DNA of 64,000 bases from Enterobacteria phage phiC600P9: the sequence record MZ681930.1; one strand, 5' to 3'. Position numbers and translations under genes: made by a program. The notes beneath the pieces were generated by a model, which searched no databases, was not told the origin of the DNA, and saw only the letters and a list, made by a program, of their open reading frames with translations. Positions 10,272-20,092 of this stretch are shown here, in pieces; the stretch's first letter is position 1, and every line of letters begins with the position of its first letter.

Positions 10272-10304
10272 ATTGTTCTCTATTCAATTGTTATTGGATG
10301 GACT

Positions 10305-10340
10305 TAGATTCATTATACCACGTTTTAACGTGAAGCATTA
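10305..10340 (-). promoter_or_regulatory. MotA-dependent middle promoter for uvsY
   Basis: Minus-strand TAATGCTTCA (MotA box) followed 13 nt later by TATAAT, upstream of uvsY. Confidence 0.75.
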
Positions 10341-10736
10341 TACTCTATTACTGGAAGCCAGTTGCAGTTTTATCTGCTCAATATCATCGGGGTTATCGAT
10401 GACCGAAAAGCGTATTTCTACTATCAGAGTATAATCATCATAAACTGGTATTACATTAACTGATAATTTATCAATACGTGGCTCATAGTTTCTTACTGCG
10501 CTTTCGATATTGCGCTCAACTGTGTCAGCAGTAAGAGGAGTCATATTTTCAAAAAGCTGGTCGGACAAATCACATCCAAATTCAGGGTCAAACGGTCTTG
10601 AACCTTTTCTTGTTGTAATAATTCCCAAAAGACTGTTTTTAATTGACCTTAATCCAAGTGATCTGGAAACATCTTTGTTCCAATCCATTTTCATTTCCGG
10701 GTCAATATCAGAATAAAGCTTATTAATATTTGCCAT
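10338..10736 (-). CDS. 25: Baseplate wedge protein gp25
   Basis: 132 aa ORF, T4 gp25 length and position. Confidence 0.93.
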   Translation of the reverse strand: MANINKLYSDIDPEMKMDWNKDVSRSLGLRSIKNSLLGIITTRKGSRPFDPEFGCDLSDQLFENMTPLTADTVERNIESAVRNYEPRIDKLSVNVIPVYDDYTLIVEIRFSVIDNPDDIEQIKLQLASSNRV

Positions 10737-11362
10737 TATAGTAACTCAAAGAACTCTTTGAGGCCTCTTATTACGTGAGCATGGGTTTTTCCACACTCTG
10801 GACACTTAATTGGAACAGCCAAATAAACGGTAGGTTTTAAAAGCATATCTTTTATAGCTACAATATCTGACTCTGTGATGATAGAATATAAATCTTCTAG
10901 TTCCTTTTCATTTAAGTCTTCAACTGGAATGCTTTCCCCGTTAGCATGAATCGTTTCTATGCATGATACTATCATGTGGGCTATATTTTTATCATCAAAA
11001 ATTTTAGGGTATCGGAATTTAATTTTAATGTCACCCAGTGTATACCAGAGGTCTTCTGGTGCATCTATTTGTGTATGTAATAGATTTATATGGGTTGGTA
11101 TTTCAGTTCCACAGGTGCACTTCCAGGAGTTTTCGTGATTAACTTCGCCGAGAGAATGTGCCCATAAATGAATCAATAATAGTTCTGATTCTTGGCGGTT
11201 TAAATCTTTTGCATTTGTGCAGTCTTTGATTAGCTTTTTAACAATTACTTCTACAGAACCATTATTTTTGGCAGTAATAAGTTCTAGATATTCTTTAAGC
11301 GTGAATGCGCGACAATTGATTATTTTAGAACCAACTCTCACATCAAATTTGTATTCATACAT
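10736..11362 (-). CDS. 26: Baseplate hub protein gp26
   Basis: 208 aa ORF, synteny. Confidence 0.88.
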   Translation of the reverse strand: MYEYKFDVRVGSKIINCRAFTLKEYLELITAKNNGSVEVIVKKLIKDCTNAKDLNRQESELLLIHLWAHSLGEVNHENSWKCTCGTEIPTHINLLHTQIDAPEDLWYTLGDIKIKFRYPKIFDDKNIAHMIVSCIETIHANGESIPVEDLNEKELEDLYSIITESDIVAIKDMLLKPTVYLAVPIKCPECGKTHAHVIRGLKEFFELL

Positions 11363-11383
11363 ATTTAGCTCCTTTATTTATCA

Positions 11384-11395
11384 TATTTATAAATA
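11384..11395. promoter_or_regulatory. Overlapping divergent late promoters for gene 26 (-) and gene 51 (+)
   Basis: tatttataaata contains TATAAATA on both strands (plus 11388-11395, minus 11384-11391) between the divergent 26 and 51 starts. Confidence 0.7.
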
Positions 11396-11412
11396 GAATA
11401 AAAGGAGCATCT

Positions 11413-12162
11413 ATGGCAAACATTATTCGTTGTAAATTACCAGATAGTGTTCATCGTTTTAAACCATTTACGGTAGAAGATTATCGAGATTTTTTGTTAG
11501 TTCGAAACGATATAGAACATCGGTCACCACAAGAACAAAAAGAAATAATTACTGATTTAATTGATGATTATTTTGGAGACTATCCGAAGACTTGGCAACC
11601 ATTTATATTTTTGCAGGTATTTGTAGGGTCGATAGGTAAAACAAAAGTACCAGTCACATTCGTATGTCCAAAATGTAAAAAAGAAAAGACAGTTCCATTT
11701 GAAATATATCAAAAAGAATTAAAGGAACCTGTTTTTGATGTAGCTAATGTTAAAATTAAATTAAAGTTTCCTTCTGAGTTTTATGAAAATAAAGCAAAGA
11801 TGATTACTGAAAATATTCATTCTGTTCAAGTAGATGAAACATGGTATGATTGGAAGGAAATTAGCGAGTCCAGTCAAATAGAACTCGTTGACGCCATCGA
11901 GATAGAAACATTAGAAAAAATTCTCGATGCAATGAATCCTATTAATTTAACTCTACATATGTCATGCTGTAATAAGTACATTAAAAAATACACTGATATA
12001 GTAGATGTGTTTAAGCTATTAGTTAACCCAGATGAGATATTTACTTTTTATCAAATTAATCACACACTCGTAAAAAGTAATTATAGCTTAAATTCAATAA
12101 TGAAAATGATTCCTGCTGAGCGCGGATTCGTATTAAAACTGATTGAGAAGGATAAACAATAA
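11413..12162 (+). CDS. 51: Baseplate hub assembly protein gp51
   Basis: 249 aa ORF, T4 gp51 length and position. Confidence 0.9.
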   Translation: MANIIRCKLPDSVHRFKPFTVEDYRDFLLVRNDIEHRSPQEQKEIITDLIDDYFGDYPKTWQPFIFLQVFVGSIGKTKVPVTFVCPKCKKEKTVPFEIYQKELKEPVFDVANVKIKLKFPSEFYENKAKMITENIHSVQVDETWYDWKEISESSQIELVDAIEIETLEKILDAMNPINLTLHMSCCNKYIKKYTDIVDVFKLLVNPDEIFTFYQINHTLVKSNYSLNSIMKMIPAERGFVLKLIEKDKQ

Positions 12163-13337
12163 TGAGTATGTTGCAACGCCCCGGATATCCAAATCTCAGC
12201 GTTAAATTATTTGATAGCTACGACGCTTGGAGTAATAATAGATTTGTTGAATTAGCTGCTACTATTACCACATTAACTATGCGGGATTCTCTTTATGGCC
12301 GAAATGAAGGAATGCTGCAGTTTTATGATTCTAAAAACATCCATACAAAAATGGATGGAAATGAAATAATTCAGATTTCTGTAGCTAATGCAAATGATAT
12401 TAATAATGTTAAAACACGAATTTATGGATGTAAGCATTTTTCCGTGTCAGTAGATTCAAAAGGTGATAACATCATTGCTATTGAATTGGGAACTATTCAT
12501 TCTATAGAAAATCTTAAATTCGGTAGACCATTTTTCCCTGATGCAGGTGAATCTATAAAAGAAATGCTTGGTGTCATTTATCAGGATCGCACATTATTAA
12601 CTCCAGCAATAAATGCTATAAATGCTTATGTTCCTGATATTCCATGGACTAGCACATTTGAAAACTATTTGTCATATGTAAGAGAAGTTGGTCTAGCTGT
12701 AGGAAGCGACAAATTTGTATTTGTATGGCAAGACATCATGGGAGTTAACATGATGGACTATGATATGATGATAAATCAAGAACCATATCCAATGATTGTC
12801 GGTGAGCCATCTTTAATAGGTCAATTCATCCAAGAATTAAAATATCCATTAGCATATGATTTCGTTTGGTTGACTAAATCGAATCCTCACAAACGTGACC
12901 CAATGAAAAATGCTACTATCTATGCGCATTCATTTTTAGATTCTTCATTGCCAATGATTACTACAGGAAAGGGCGAAAACTCTATTGTAGTGTCAAGGTC
13001 AGGTGCTTATTCTGAAATGACTTATAGGAATGGATATGAAGAAGCTATTCGTCTTCAAACTATGGCACAATATGACGGTTATGCTAAATGTTCTACTGTT
13101 GGTAATTTTAACTTGACTCCTGGTGTTAAAATTATTTTTAATGATAGTAAAAACCAATTTAAAACAGAATTTTACGTTGATGAAGTTATCCATGAATTAT
13201 CCAATAATAATTCAGTAACTCATCTATATATGTTCACTAATGCAACGAAACTGGAAACAATAGACCCAGTTAAGGTTAAAAATGAATTTAAATCTGATAC
13301 TACCACTGAAGAAAGTAGTTCTTCCAATAAGCAATAA
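12162..13337 (+). CDS. 27: Baseplate hub protein gp27
   Basis: 391 aa ORF, T4 gp27 length. Confidence 0.93.
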   Translation: MSMLQRPGYPNLSVKLFDSYDAWSNNRFVELAATITTLTMRDSLYGRNEGMLQFYDSKNIHTKMDGNEIIQISVANANDINNVKTRIYGCKHFSVSVDSKGDNIIAIELGTIHSIENLKFGRPFFPDAGESIKEMLGVIYQDRTLLTPAINAINAYVPDIPWTSTFENYLSYVREVGLAVGSDKFVFVWQDIMGVNMMDYDMMINQEPYPMIVGEPSLIGQFIQELKYPLAYDFVWLTKSNPHKRDPMKNATIYAHSFLDSSLPMITTGKGENSIVVSRSGAYSEMTYRNGYEEAIRLQTMAQYDGYAKCSTVGNFNLTPGVKIIFNDSKNQFKTEFYVDEVIHELSNNNSVTHLYMFTNATKLETIDPVKVKNEFKSDTTTEESSSSNKQ

Positions 13338-13815
13338 AGAAGTTTCTATTCCTAAAATGGGTCTTAAACATTATAACATTTTAAAGGATGTTAAAGGTCC
13401 TGATGAAAATTTAAAACTTCTTATTGATTCTATTTGTCCGAATTTATCACCGGCAGAAGTTGATTTCGTTTCTATTCATTTATTGGAATTTAATGGAAAG
13501 ATTAAATCTCGTAAAGAAATAGATGGTTATACTTATGACATTAATGATGTCTATGTATGCCAAAGATTAGAATTTCAATACCAAGGAAATACATTTTATT
13601 TTAGACCTCCTGGAAAATTTGAACAATTTTTAACGGTGAGCGATATGTTATCCAAATGCTTGCTTAAGGTCAATGATGAAGTTAAAGAAATTAATTTTCT
13701 TGAGATGCCAGCATTCGTTTTAAAATGGGCAAATGATATTTTTACAACTTTAGCAATTCCTGGCCCTAATGGTCCAATAACCGGAATTGGCAATATTATT
13801 GGATTATTTGAATGA
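13282..13815 (+). CDS. 28: Baseplate hub distal subunit gp28
   Basis: 177 aa ORF overlapping the 3' end of gene 27. Confidence 0.85.
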   Translation: MNLNLILPLKKVVLPISNKEVSIPKMGLKHYNILKDVKGPDENLKLLIDSICPNLSPAEVDFVSIHLLEFNGKIKSRKEIDGYTYDINDVYVCQRLEFQYQGNTFYFRPPGKFEQFLTVSDMLSKCLLKVNDEVKEINFLEMPAFVLKWANDIFTTLAIPGPNGPITGIGNIIGLFE

Positions 13816-15584
13816 AAAAGCCACAAGAAATGCAAACGATGCGTAGAAAAGTTATTTCAGATAATAAACCAACACAGGAAGCGGCTAAATCCGCTTCTAA
13901 TACTTTATCTGGACTTAATGATATATCTACGAAATTGGATGATGCTCAAGCTGCCTCTGAATTAATAGCTCAAACTGTCGAAGAAAAATCGAATGAAATA
14001 ATTGGAGCAATTGATAACGTAGAAAGCGCAGTGAGTGATACTACTGCCGGTTCTGAGTTAATTGCTGAAACTGTCGAAATTGGCAATAATATCAATAAAG
14101 AAATAGGCGAATCACTCGGAAGCAAATTAGATAAATTAACGAGTTTATTAGAACAAAAAATTCAGACAGCTGGAATTCAACAGACTGGGACTAGTTTAGC
14201 CACAGTTGAAAGCGCTATTCCTGTTAAAGTCGTTGAGGATGATACTGCTGAATCTGTGGGTCCTTTATTACCGGCTCCCGAAGCAGTTAATAATGATCCT
14301 GACGCTGATTTTTTCCCTACCCCTCAACCAGTTGAACCCAAACAAGAATCGCCAGAAGAAAAACAGAAAAAAGAAGCATTTAACTTAAAATTATCTCAAG
14401 CTTTAGATAAATTAACAAAGACTGTTGATTTTGGATTTAAGAAATCCATTTCAATTACTGATAAAATATCAAGCATGTTATTTAAGTATACCGTCAGTGC
14501 TGCTATTGAAGCTGCTAAAATGACTGCAATGATATTGGCTGTTGTTGTTGGAATAGACCTGTTGATGGTTCACTTTAAATATTGGTCAGATAAATTTTCA
14601 AAAGCCTGGGATTTATATGATACTAACTTTAATAAATTCTCTACCGAAACCGGAACATGGGGTCCTTTATTACAGAGCATCTTTAGTTCTATTGATAAAA
14701 TTAGACAACTTTGGGAAGAGGGAGATTGGGGTGGATTGACAACAGCTATCATAGAAGGACTCGGAAGTGTTCTTTTTAATTTAGGTGAACTTATTCAATT
14801 AGGTATGGCTAAATTATCTGCTGCAATTCTTCGAGTCATTCCTGGCATGAAGGATACTGCTGATGAAGTAGAAGGAAGAGCACTAGAAAATTTCCAAAAT
14901 TCTACTGGAGCATCTCTCAATAAAGAAGACCAGGAAAAAGTTGCAAATTATCAAGATAAACGAATGAACGGAGACCTTGGTCCGATAGCAAAAGGATTAG
15001 ATAAAATTGCTAATTGGAAAACTCGTGCATCTAATTGGATTCGCGGTGTTGATAATAAAGAAGCACTAACTACCGACGAAGAACGTGCAGCAGAAGAAGA
15101 AAAATTAAAGCAGCTTTCACCTGAAGAAAGAAAAAATGCTTTAATGAAGGCTAATGAAGCACGTGCCGCGATGATTCGTTTTGAAAAATATGCTGATTCA
15201 GCTGATATGAGTAAAGACTCAACGGTTAAATCTGTTGAATCTGCCTATGAAGACCTTAAAAAACGGATGGATGACCCGGATTTAAACAATTCACCGGCAG
15301 TTAAAAAGGAACTTGCTGCTAGATTTTCTAAAATTGATGCTACTTATCAAGAGCTCAAGAAAAATCAGCCTAATGCCAAACCTGAAACTTCTGCTAAATC
15401 GCCAGAAGCGAAACAGGTCCAGGTTATTGAAAAGAACAAAGCACAGCAAGCTCCTGTTCAGCAAGCATCTCCTTCAATCAATAATACTAATAATGTTATT
15501 AAGAAAAATACTGTCGTTCATAATATGACACCTGTCACAAGCACAACTGCTCCTGGTGTATTTGATGCGACTGGAGTTAATTAA
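13812..15584 (+). CDS. 29: Baseplate hub / tail length determinator gp29
   Basis: 590 aa ORF, T4 gp29 length. Confidence 0.92.
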   Translation: MKKPQEMQTMRRKVISDNKPTQEAAKSASNTLSGLNDISTKLDDAQAASELIAQTVEEKSNEIIGAIDNVESAVSDTTAGSELIAETVEIGNNINKEIGESLGSKLDKLTSLLEQKIQTAGIQQTGTSLATVESAIPVKVVEDDTAESVGPLLPAPEAVNNDPDADFFPTPQPVEPKQESPEEKQKKEAFNLKLSQALDKLTKTVDFGFKKSISITDKISSMLFKYTVSAAIEAAKMTAMILAVVVGIDLLMVHFKYWSDKFSKAWDLYDTNFNKFSTETGTWGPLLQSIFSSIDKIRQLWEEGDWGGLTTAIIEGLGSVLFNLGELIQLGMAKLSAAILRVIPGMKDTADEVEGRALENFQNSTGASLNKEDQEKVANYQDKRMNGDLGPIAKGLDKIANWKTRASNWIRGVDNKEALTTDEERAAEEEKLKQLSPEERKNALMKANEARAAMIRFEKYADSADMSKDSTVKSVESAYEDLKKRMDDPDLNNSPAVKKELAARFSKIDATYQELKKNQPNAKPETSAKSPEAKQVQVIEKNKAQQAPVQQASPSINNTNNVIKKNTVVHNMTPVTSTTAPGVFDATGVN

Positions 15585-15592
15585 GGAATAAT

Positions 15593-16687
15593 ATGGCAAT
15601 TGTTAAAGAAATAACTACTGATTTAATTAAAAAGTCCGGTGAGAAAATTTCAGCCGGACAGAGCACTAAATCAGAAGTAGTAACTAAAACATACACTGCC
15701 CAGTTTCCAACTGGGCGTGCTAGTGGTAATGACACTACAGGGGACTTCCAGGTAACAGATCTATATAAGAATGGATTATTATTTACTGCATACAATATGT
15801 CATCTAGGGATTCTGGAAGTCTTAGATCGATGAGATCTAACTACTCTTCTTCATCTTCGAGTATTTTAAGTACAGCTAGAAACACTATTAGTAGTACAGT
15901 ATCAAAACTATCAAATGGATTAATATCAAATAATAATTCAGGAACAATAAGTAAAGCTCCTGTCGCAAACATTCTTTTACCGAGATCTAAATCTGATGTT
16001 GATACATCAACACATAGATTTAATGATGTTCAAGAAAGCCTTATCAGTAGAGGCGGAGGTACTGCTACTGGTGTGCTAAGTAATATTGCTTCAACCGCAG
16101 TATTTGGGGCACTGGAAAGTATAACACAAGGTATAATGGCTGATAATAATGAACAGATTTATACGACAGCCAGAAGTATGTATGGTGGTGCTGAAAATAG
16201 AACTAAAGTGTTTACATGGGATTTGACTCCACGTTCAACAGAAGATTTAATGGCTATTATTAATATCTATCAATATTTTAACTATCTTTCTTATGGTGAA
16301 ACAGGTAAATCTCAATACGCTGCTGAAATAAAGGGGTATTTAGATGATTGGTATCGTTCTACGTTAATTGAACCTTTATCTCCGGAAGACGCAGCTAAAA
16401 ATAAAACACTATTTGAGAAAATGACAGCAAGTTTAACGAACGTTCTTGTAGTTTCAAACCCGACAGTTTGGATGGTGAAAAACTTTGGTGCAACATCTAA
16501 GTTTGATGGAAAAACGGAAATATTTGGTCCATGCCAAATACAGAGCATTAGATTTGATAAAACACCTAATGGTAACTTTAACGGATTAGCTATTGCTCCA
16601 AACCTCCCTAGTACATTTACTCTCGAGATTACTATGAGAGAAATTATCACGTTAAACCGTGCTTCTTTATATGCGGGGACTTTTTAA
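15593..16687 (+). CDS. 48: Baseplate tail-tube junction protein gp48
   Basis: 364 aa ORF, T4 gp48 length. Confidence 0.92.
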   Translation: MAIVKEITTDLIKKSGEKISAGQSTKSEVVTKTYTAQFPTGRASGNDTTGDFQVTDLYKNGLLFTAYNMSSRDSGSLRSMRSNYSSSSSSILSTARNTISSTVSKLSNGLISNNNSGTISKAPVANILLPRSKSDVDTSTHRFNDVQESLISRGGGTATGVLSNIASTAVFGALESITQGIMADNNEQIYTTARSMYGGAENRTKVFTWDLTPRSTEDLMAIINIYQYFNYLSYGETGKSQYAAEIKGYLDDWYRSTLIEPLSPEDAAKNKTLFEKMTASLTNVLVVSNPTVWMVKNFGATSKFDGKTEIFGPCQIQSIRFDKTPNGNFNGLAIAPNLPSTFTLEITMREIITLNRASLYAGTF

Positions 16688-17652
16688 TGTATTCTTTAGA
16701 GGAATTTAATAATCAAGCAATAAACGCAGATTTCCAACGTAATAATATGTTTAGCTGCGTTTTTGCAACAACTCCATCAACTAAAAGCTCTTCGTTGATA
16801 AGTTCAATTAGCAACTTTTCTTATAATAACTTGGGCCTAAATTCAAATTGGTTAGGATTAACTCAAGGTGATATTAATCAGGGAATTACCACGCTAATTA
16901 CAGCTGGCACACAAAAACTGATAAGAAAATCAGGGGTTAGTAAATATCTTATTGGTGCCATGAGTCAACGTACAGTTCAAAGTTTATTAGGCTCATTTAC
17001 AGTTGGTACATATTTAATTGACTTCTTTAACATGGCATATAACTCATCTGGATTGATGATATATTCTGTAAAAATGCCAGAGAATAGATTATCCTATGAA
17101 ACTGACTGGAACTATAATTCTCCTAATATTCGTATAACTGGAAGAGAATTAGACCCTTTGGTTATTTCATTTAGAATGGATTCAGAAGCTTGTAACTATC
17201 GTGCAATGCAAGACTGGGTTAACTCTGTTCAAGACCCAGTAACTGGACTGCGTGCTTTGCCGCAAGATGTCGAGGCAGATATTCAGGTTAATCTTCATTC
17301 TCGCAATGGATTGCCTCATACTGCGGTGATGTTCACCGGATGCATTCCAATATCAGTGAGCGCTCCTGAGCTATCATATGATGGAGATAACCAAATAACT
17401 ACATTTGATGTTACTTTTGCGTATAGAGTCATGCAGGCTGGAGCAGTTGATAGACAAGCTGCGCTTGAGTGGCTTGAATCTGCTGCTATAAATGGCATTC
17501 AAAGCGTTCTCGGAAATAGTGGAGGTGTTACTGGACTATCTAATTCGCTTTCACGACTTAGTAGATTAGGAGGAACTGCTGGAAGCATTTCAAACATTAA
17601 TACTATGACAGGAATTGTCAATTCGCAAAGTAAAATATTAGGAGCAATATAA
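16687..17652 (+). CDS. 54: Baseplate tail-tube initiator gp54
   Basis: 321 aa ORF, synteny. Confidence 0.92.
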   Translation: MYSLEEFNNQAINADFQRNNMFSCVFATTPSTKSSSLISSISNFSYNNLGLNSNWLGLTQGDINQGITTLITAGTQKLIRKSGVSKYLIGAMSQRTVQSLLGSFTVGTYLIDFFNMAYNSSGLMIYSVKMPENRLSYETDWNYNSPNIRITGRELDPLVISFRMDSEACNYRAMQDWVNSVQDPVTGLRALPQDVEADIQVNLHSRNGLPHTAVMFTGCIPISVSAPELSYDGDNQITTFDVTFAYRVMQAGAVDRQAALEWLESAAINGIQSVLGNSGGVTGLSNSLSRLSRLGGTAGSISNINTMTGIVNSQSKILGAI

Positions 17653-17656
17653 CAAT

Positions 17657-17686
17657 GGGGACCTTTCGGTCCCCATATTTTTATTT
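17657..17686 (+). terminator. Hairpin terminator after gene 54
   Basis: GGGGACC-tttc-GGTCCCC followed by atatttttattt. Confidence 0.7.
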
Positions 17687-17971
17687 GCGGAATGAAATGA
17701 AAGCAGAAACTGAAGCAACTAAACTGTCTTCAATATAAACTTCAATTTTTACCGGAGCTTCTGACTCAAATTTACCTGTTACTACACCCTGAAAAATACT
17801 TTCAGTCTGTTCTGGCTTTGAAAAATTTTCAGAAGGAAAAATTCCGAACTTTTTATCTGTTCCAAAAATTTTAATAAATTCATCGTAAACCGCTTCGTTA
17901 AAAGCATTATCAGCAGGAATAACGCCTTCAACTACAAGTTCTTGACCTAAAAAGCGTAAAGAAGATTTCAT
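17681..17971 (-). CDS. Hypothetical protein (T4 alt.-3 position)
   Basis: 96 aa ORF with SD GAGGAA and its own early promoter. Confidence 0.65.
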   Translation of the reverse strand: MKSSLRFLGQELVVEGVIPADNAFNEAVYDEFIKIFGTDKKFGIFPSENFSKPEQTESIFQGVVTGKFESEAPVKIEVYIEDSLVASVSAFISFRK

Positions 17972-17977
17972 TTTGTG

Positions 17978-18033
17978 TTCCTCATGTTATGTCAGTAAGA
18001 CTATTATAACACAACATAAGGAACTTGTAAACT
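17978..18033 (-). promoter_or_regulatory. Early promoter (GTTTAC -35, TGnTATAAT extended -10) with 11-bp inverted repeat
   Basis: Minus strand GTTTACAAG-TTCCTTATGTT-gtgTTATAAT...AACATGAGGAA-cacaaaATG; the 3' arm covers the SD. Confidence 0.75.
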
Positions 18034-20089
18034 ACATTTTGAACTTTTTAGACATTCCGTTAATGTTAACCAAAGAAGCTAAGATTTGAGAAACTTCGTT
18101 TTCCTCTTCTTTTGATTCTTCTACAAGGAATTGATTAAATCCAGCCATTGGACGAACTTCACCAGTTTCCATTAAATGGTCTCCATCATATACTGATTCT
18201 TCTAATTGTTCAGAAGGAGGAACGATTGCACCTTCGATTAGATACTTGTTATAAGCAGTTTCTTTCATAAAGTACGTACTTACTTTATTAATCTTCAGTA
18301 AAATTCCACGCGGTAGAATAACTTCAGCTTCTGATGGAAATCCTGTTAAATGACCTGGAACGATAACTTTGATTCGCTCAGCTCCTTTAATTACCATACC
18401 CACTCTAGTTTCAGCATTTTCATTAGCGTATGTAGAATGACTACCCATATGCATCAAATCTTCTGCATCAACGGAACCTTCTCCTTCACCAGAAAATACT
18501 GCGCCGGAATCATCTAAAGCCATATAGTTTTTACCATGCTCGCCGAAGATATTTGGTTTAAGCGATGTAGATACGAAGTTCTTGAAATAGAACATTTTGT
18601 TTTCAATGTTATGACGCAAAGTTTTAAAGGTAACTTCTTGTCCACGGTAAAGTGTAGTTCCTGGAGGAAGAACTGAACCTTTAGCAAATGCAGAATCCAA
18701 CGTCTCGATGTGTTTAATAGCTCGTTCCATATATTCTTCGCGGGTAGAATCAGGTTTACCCAAAAGGAACGAGTTCATTTCAACATATGAATCTGCACAA
18801 TAATCTTCAATTACATCAGATTCAGCTTGAGTTAATCCTTTTGGAGTTACTTCGGTGCTTGCGTATTCATATGCCTGGGCAGCAGATTCATTAATCAATT
18901 TATAAATGCCATTCATTACAAATTGAATAATAGCTGTCTTTTCATCTGGCGTAGCTTTAGAACCTTTAACCAAATCATTGATAATTTTCTTAATAACATC
19001 AAAGCTATTAGAAATATTAATATCAGCAAGATCGCTTAAAATTTTATCAGTTTTATAATCAAAGAATTCTTTATTCTTTAAATATTCTTGAGAACCTTGA
19101 TATGTTATATCGCTCTGCAACTTGATGGATGGATCACGTAAACGTGCATGGGCTAATGCAATATGATTTCGGAAGTTTTCTAGTTCATAATCGCTAGATT
19201 TAAAACGAGAAGCACTTCTCATACCACCGATAGCTCCTTTGCTGAAGTTTGAACCAATCTGAATAACGCCAGAGTTCATTGGTCCTTCTGCTTTATATAC
19301 CGGAACTTTAGATTCAAACTCTTGATATTTCTTGGCAGCGAAGCTATCACCCTGAAGTGAAGCATCAACAGTAGAATATTGAGCTTGTGCTGCTAATCGA
19401 CGACTAATTTTAGTTTTCTGAATAACAGCTTGGTCCGTGCGCTTATCATTTTCTAAAGCAATAGAAGCAGCAACAGCGACAGCTTTAGGAACAGCATTAC
19501 CTGTTTTAACGTCTACATAAACATCACCAACCTTTGATTCAACTTTTGTGAATAACTCAGTTGAAATAGGAGGTACACCTGGAATGTCTTCTAAATTGGC
19601 ATTTTTACGGTAAACCATAATATATGCATACTTTTTATCATAGTCCCAGATTTCCTTTAAAAGAACATATCGACCTGCTCCTTTAGTACGTACTAAACGG
19701 TCAGCAATAACTTGCATTTGACGAGCAGCGCCATTTGTTTTACTCTTTAGTACACGGAATAAGCACGCGTCAATTTTATACTGTTTCATTGTTTGAAGAG
19801 CAGTATCAAAAACAGCATTAATGACGCCAATTGGATTTCCACCCAAGTTTCTAAGCTTAACCAGTGATAATTTCTCATTAACACCTATCATTACGATATG
19901 CATCATTTTATCGCCCGGCTTAACGTTTTTATTCGTATCACCGCCAGAGGTGTATGTACAAAATCTAAATCCAGGAAGCACGCTTTCTTCGCCGGCTTGA
20001 ATAGCAAAAATTTGTGGTATTTTATGCTTAGGATTTAAGTTAACAACCGGCGCCGAAGCGCCGTCAAATAATTCTGTAATAAGTTCCAT
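18032..20089 (-). CDS. Alt-family ADP-ribosyltransferase, second tandem paralogue
   Basis: 685 aa ORF; N-terminus MELITELFD and C-terminal ART motifs (YRGQ, FVSTSL, EAEVILPRG) shared with Alt; central region diverged. Confidence 0.85.
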   Translation of the reverse strand: MELITELFDGASAPVVNLNPKHKIPQIFAIQAGEESVLPGFRFCTYTSGGDTNKNVKPGDKMMHIVMIGVNEKLSLVKLRNLGGNPIGVINAVFDTALQTMKQYKIDACLFRVLKSKTNGAARQMQVIADRLVRTKGAGRYVLLKEIWDYDKKYAYIMVYRKNANLEDIPGVPPISTELFTKVESKVGDVYVDVKTGNAVPKAVAVAASIALENDKRTDQAVIQKTKISRRLAAQAQYSTVDASLQGDSFAAKKYQEFESKVPVYKAEGPMNSGVIQIGSNFSKGAIGGMRSASRFKSSDYELENFRNHIALAHARLRDPSIKLQSDITYQGSQEYLKNKEFFDYKTDKILSDLADINISNSFDVIKKIINDLVKGSKATPDEKTAIIQFVMNGIYKLINESAAQAYEYASTEVTPKGLTQAESDVIEDYCADSYVEMNSFLLGKPDSTREEYMERAIKHIETLDSAFAKGSVLPPGTTLYRGQEVTFKTLRHNIENKMFYFKNFVSTSLKPNIFGEHGKNYMALDDSGAVFSGEGEGSVDAEDLMHMGSHSTYANENAETRVGMVIKGAERIKVIVPGHLTGFPSEAEVILPRGILLKINKVSTYFMKETAYNKYLIEGAIVPPSEQLEESVYDGDHLMETGEVRPMAGFNQFLVEESKEEENEVSQILASLVNINGMSKKFKM

Positions 20090-20092
20090 GAT

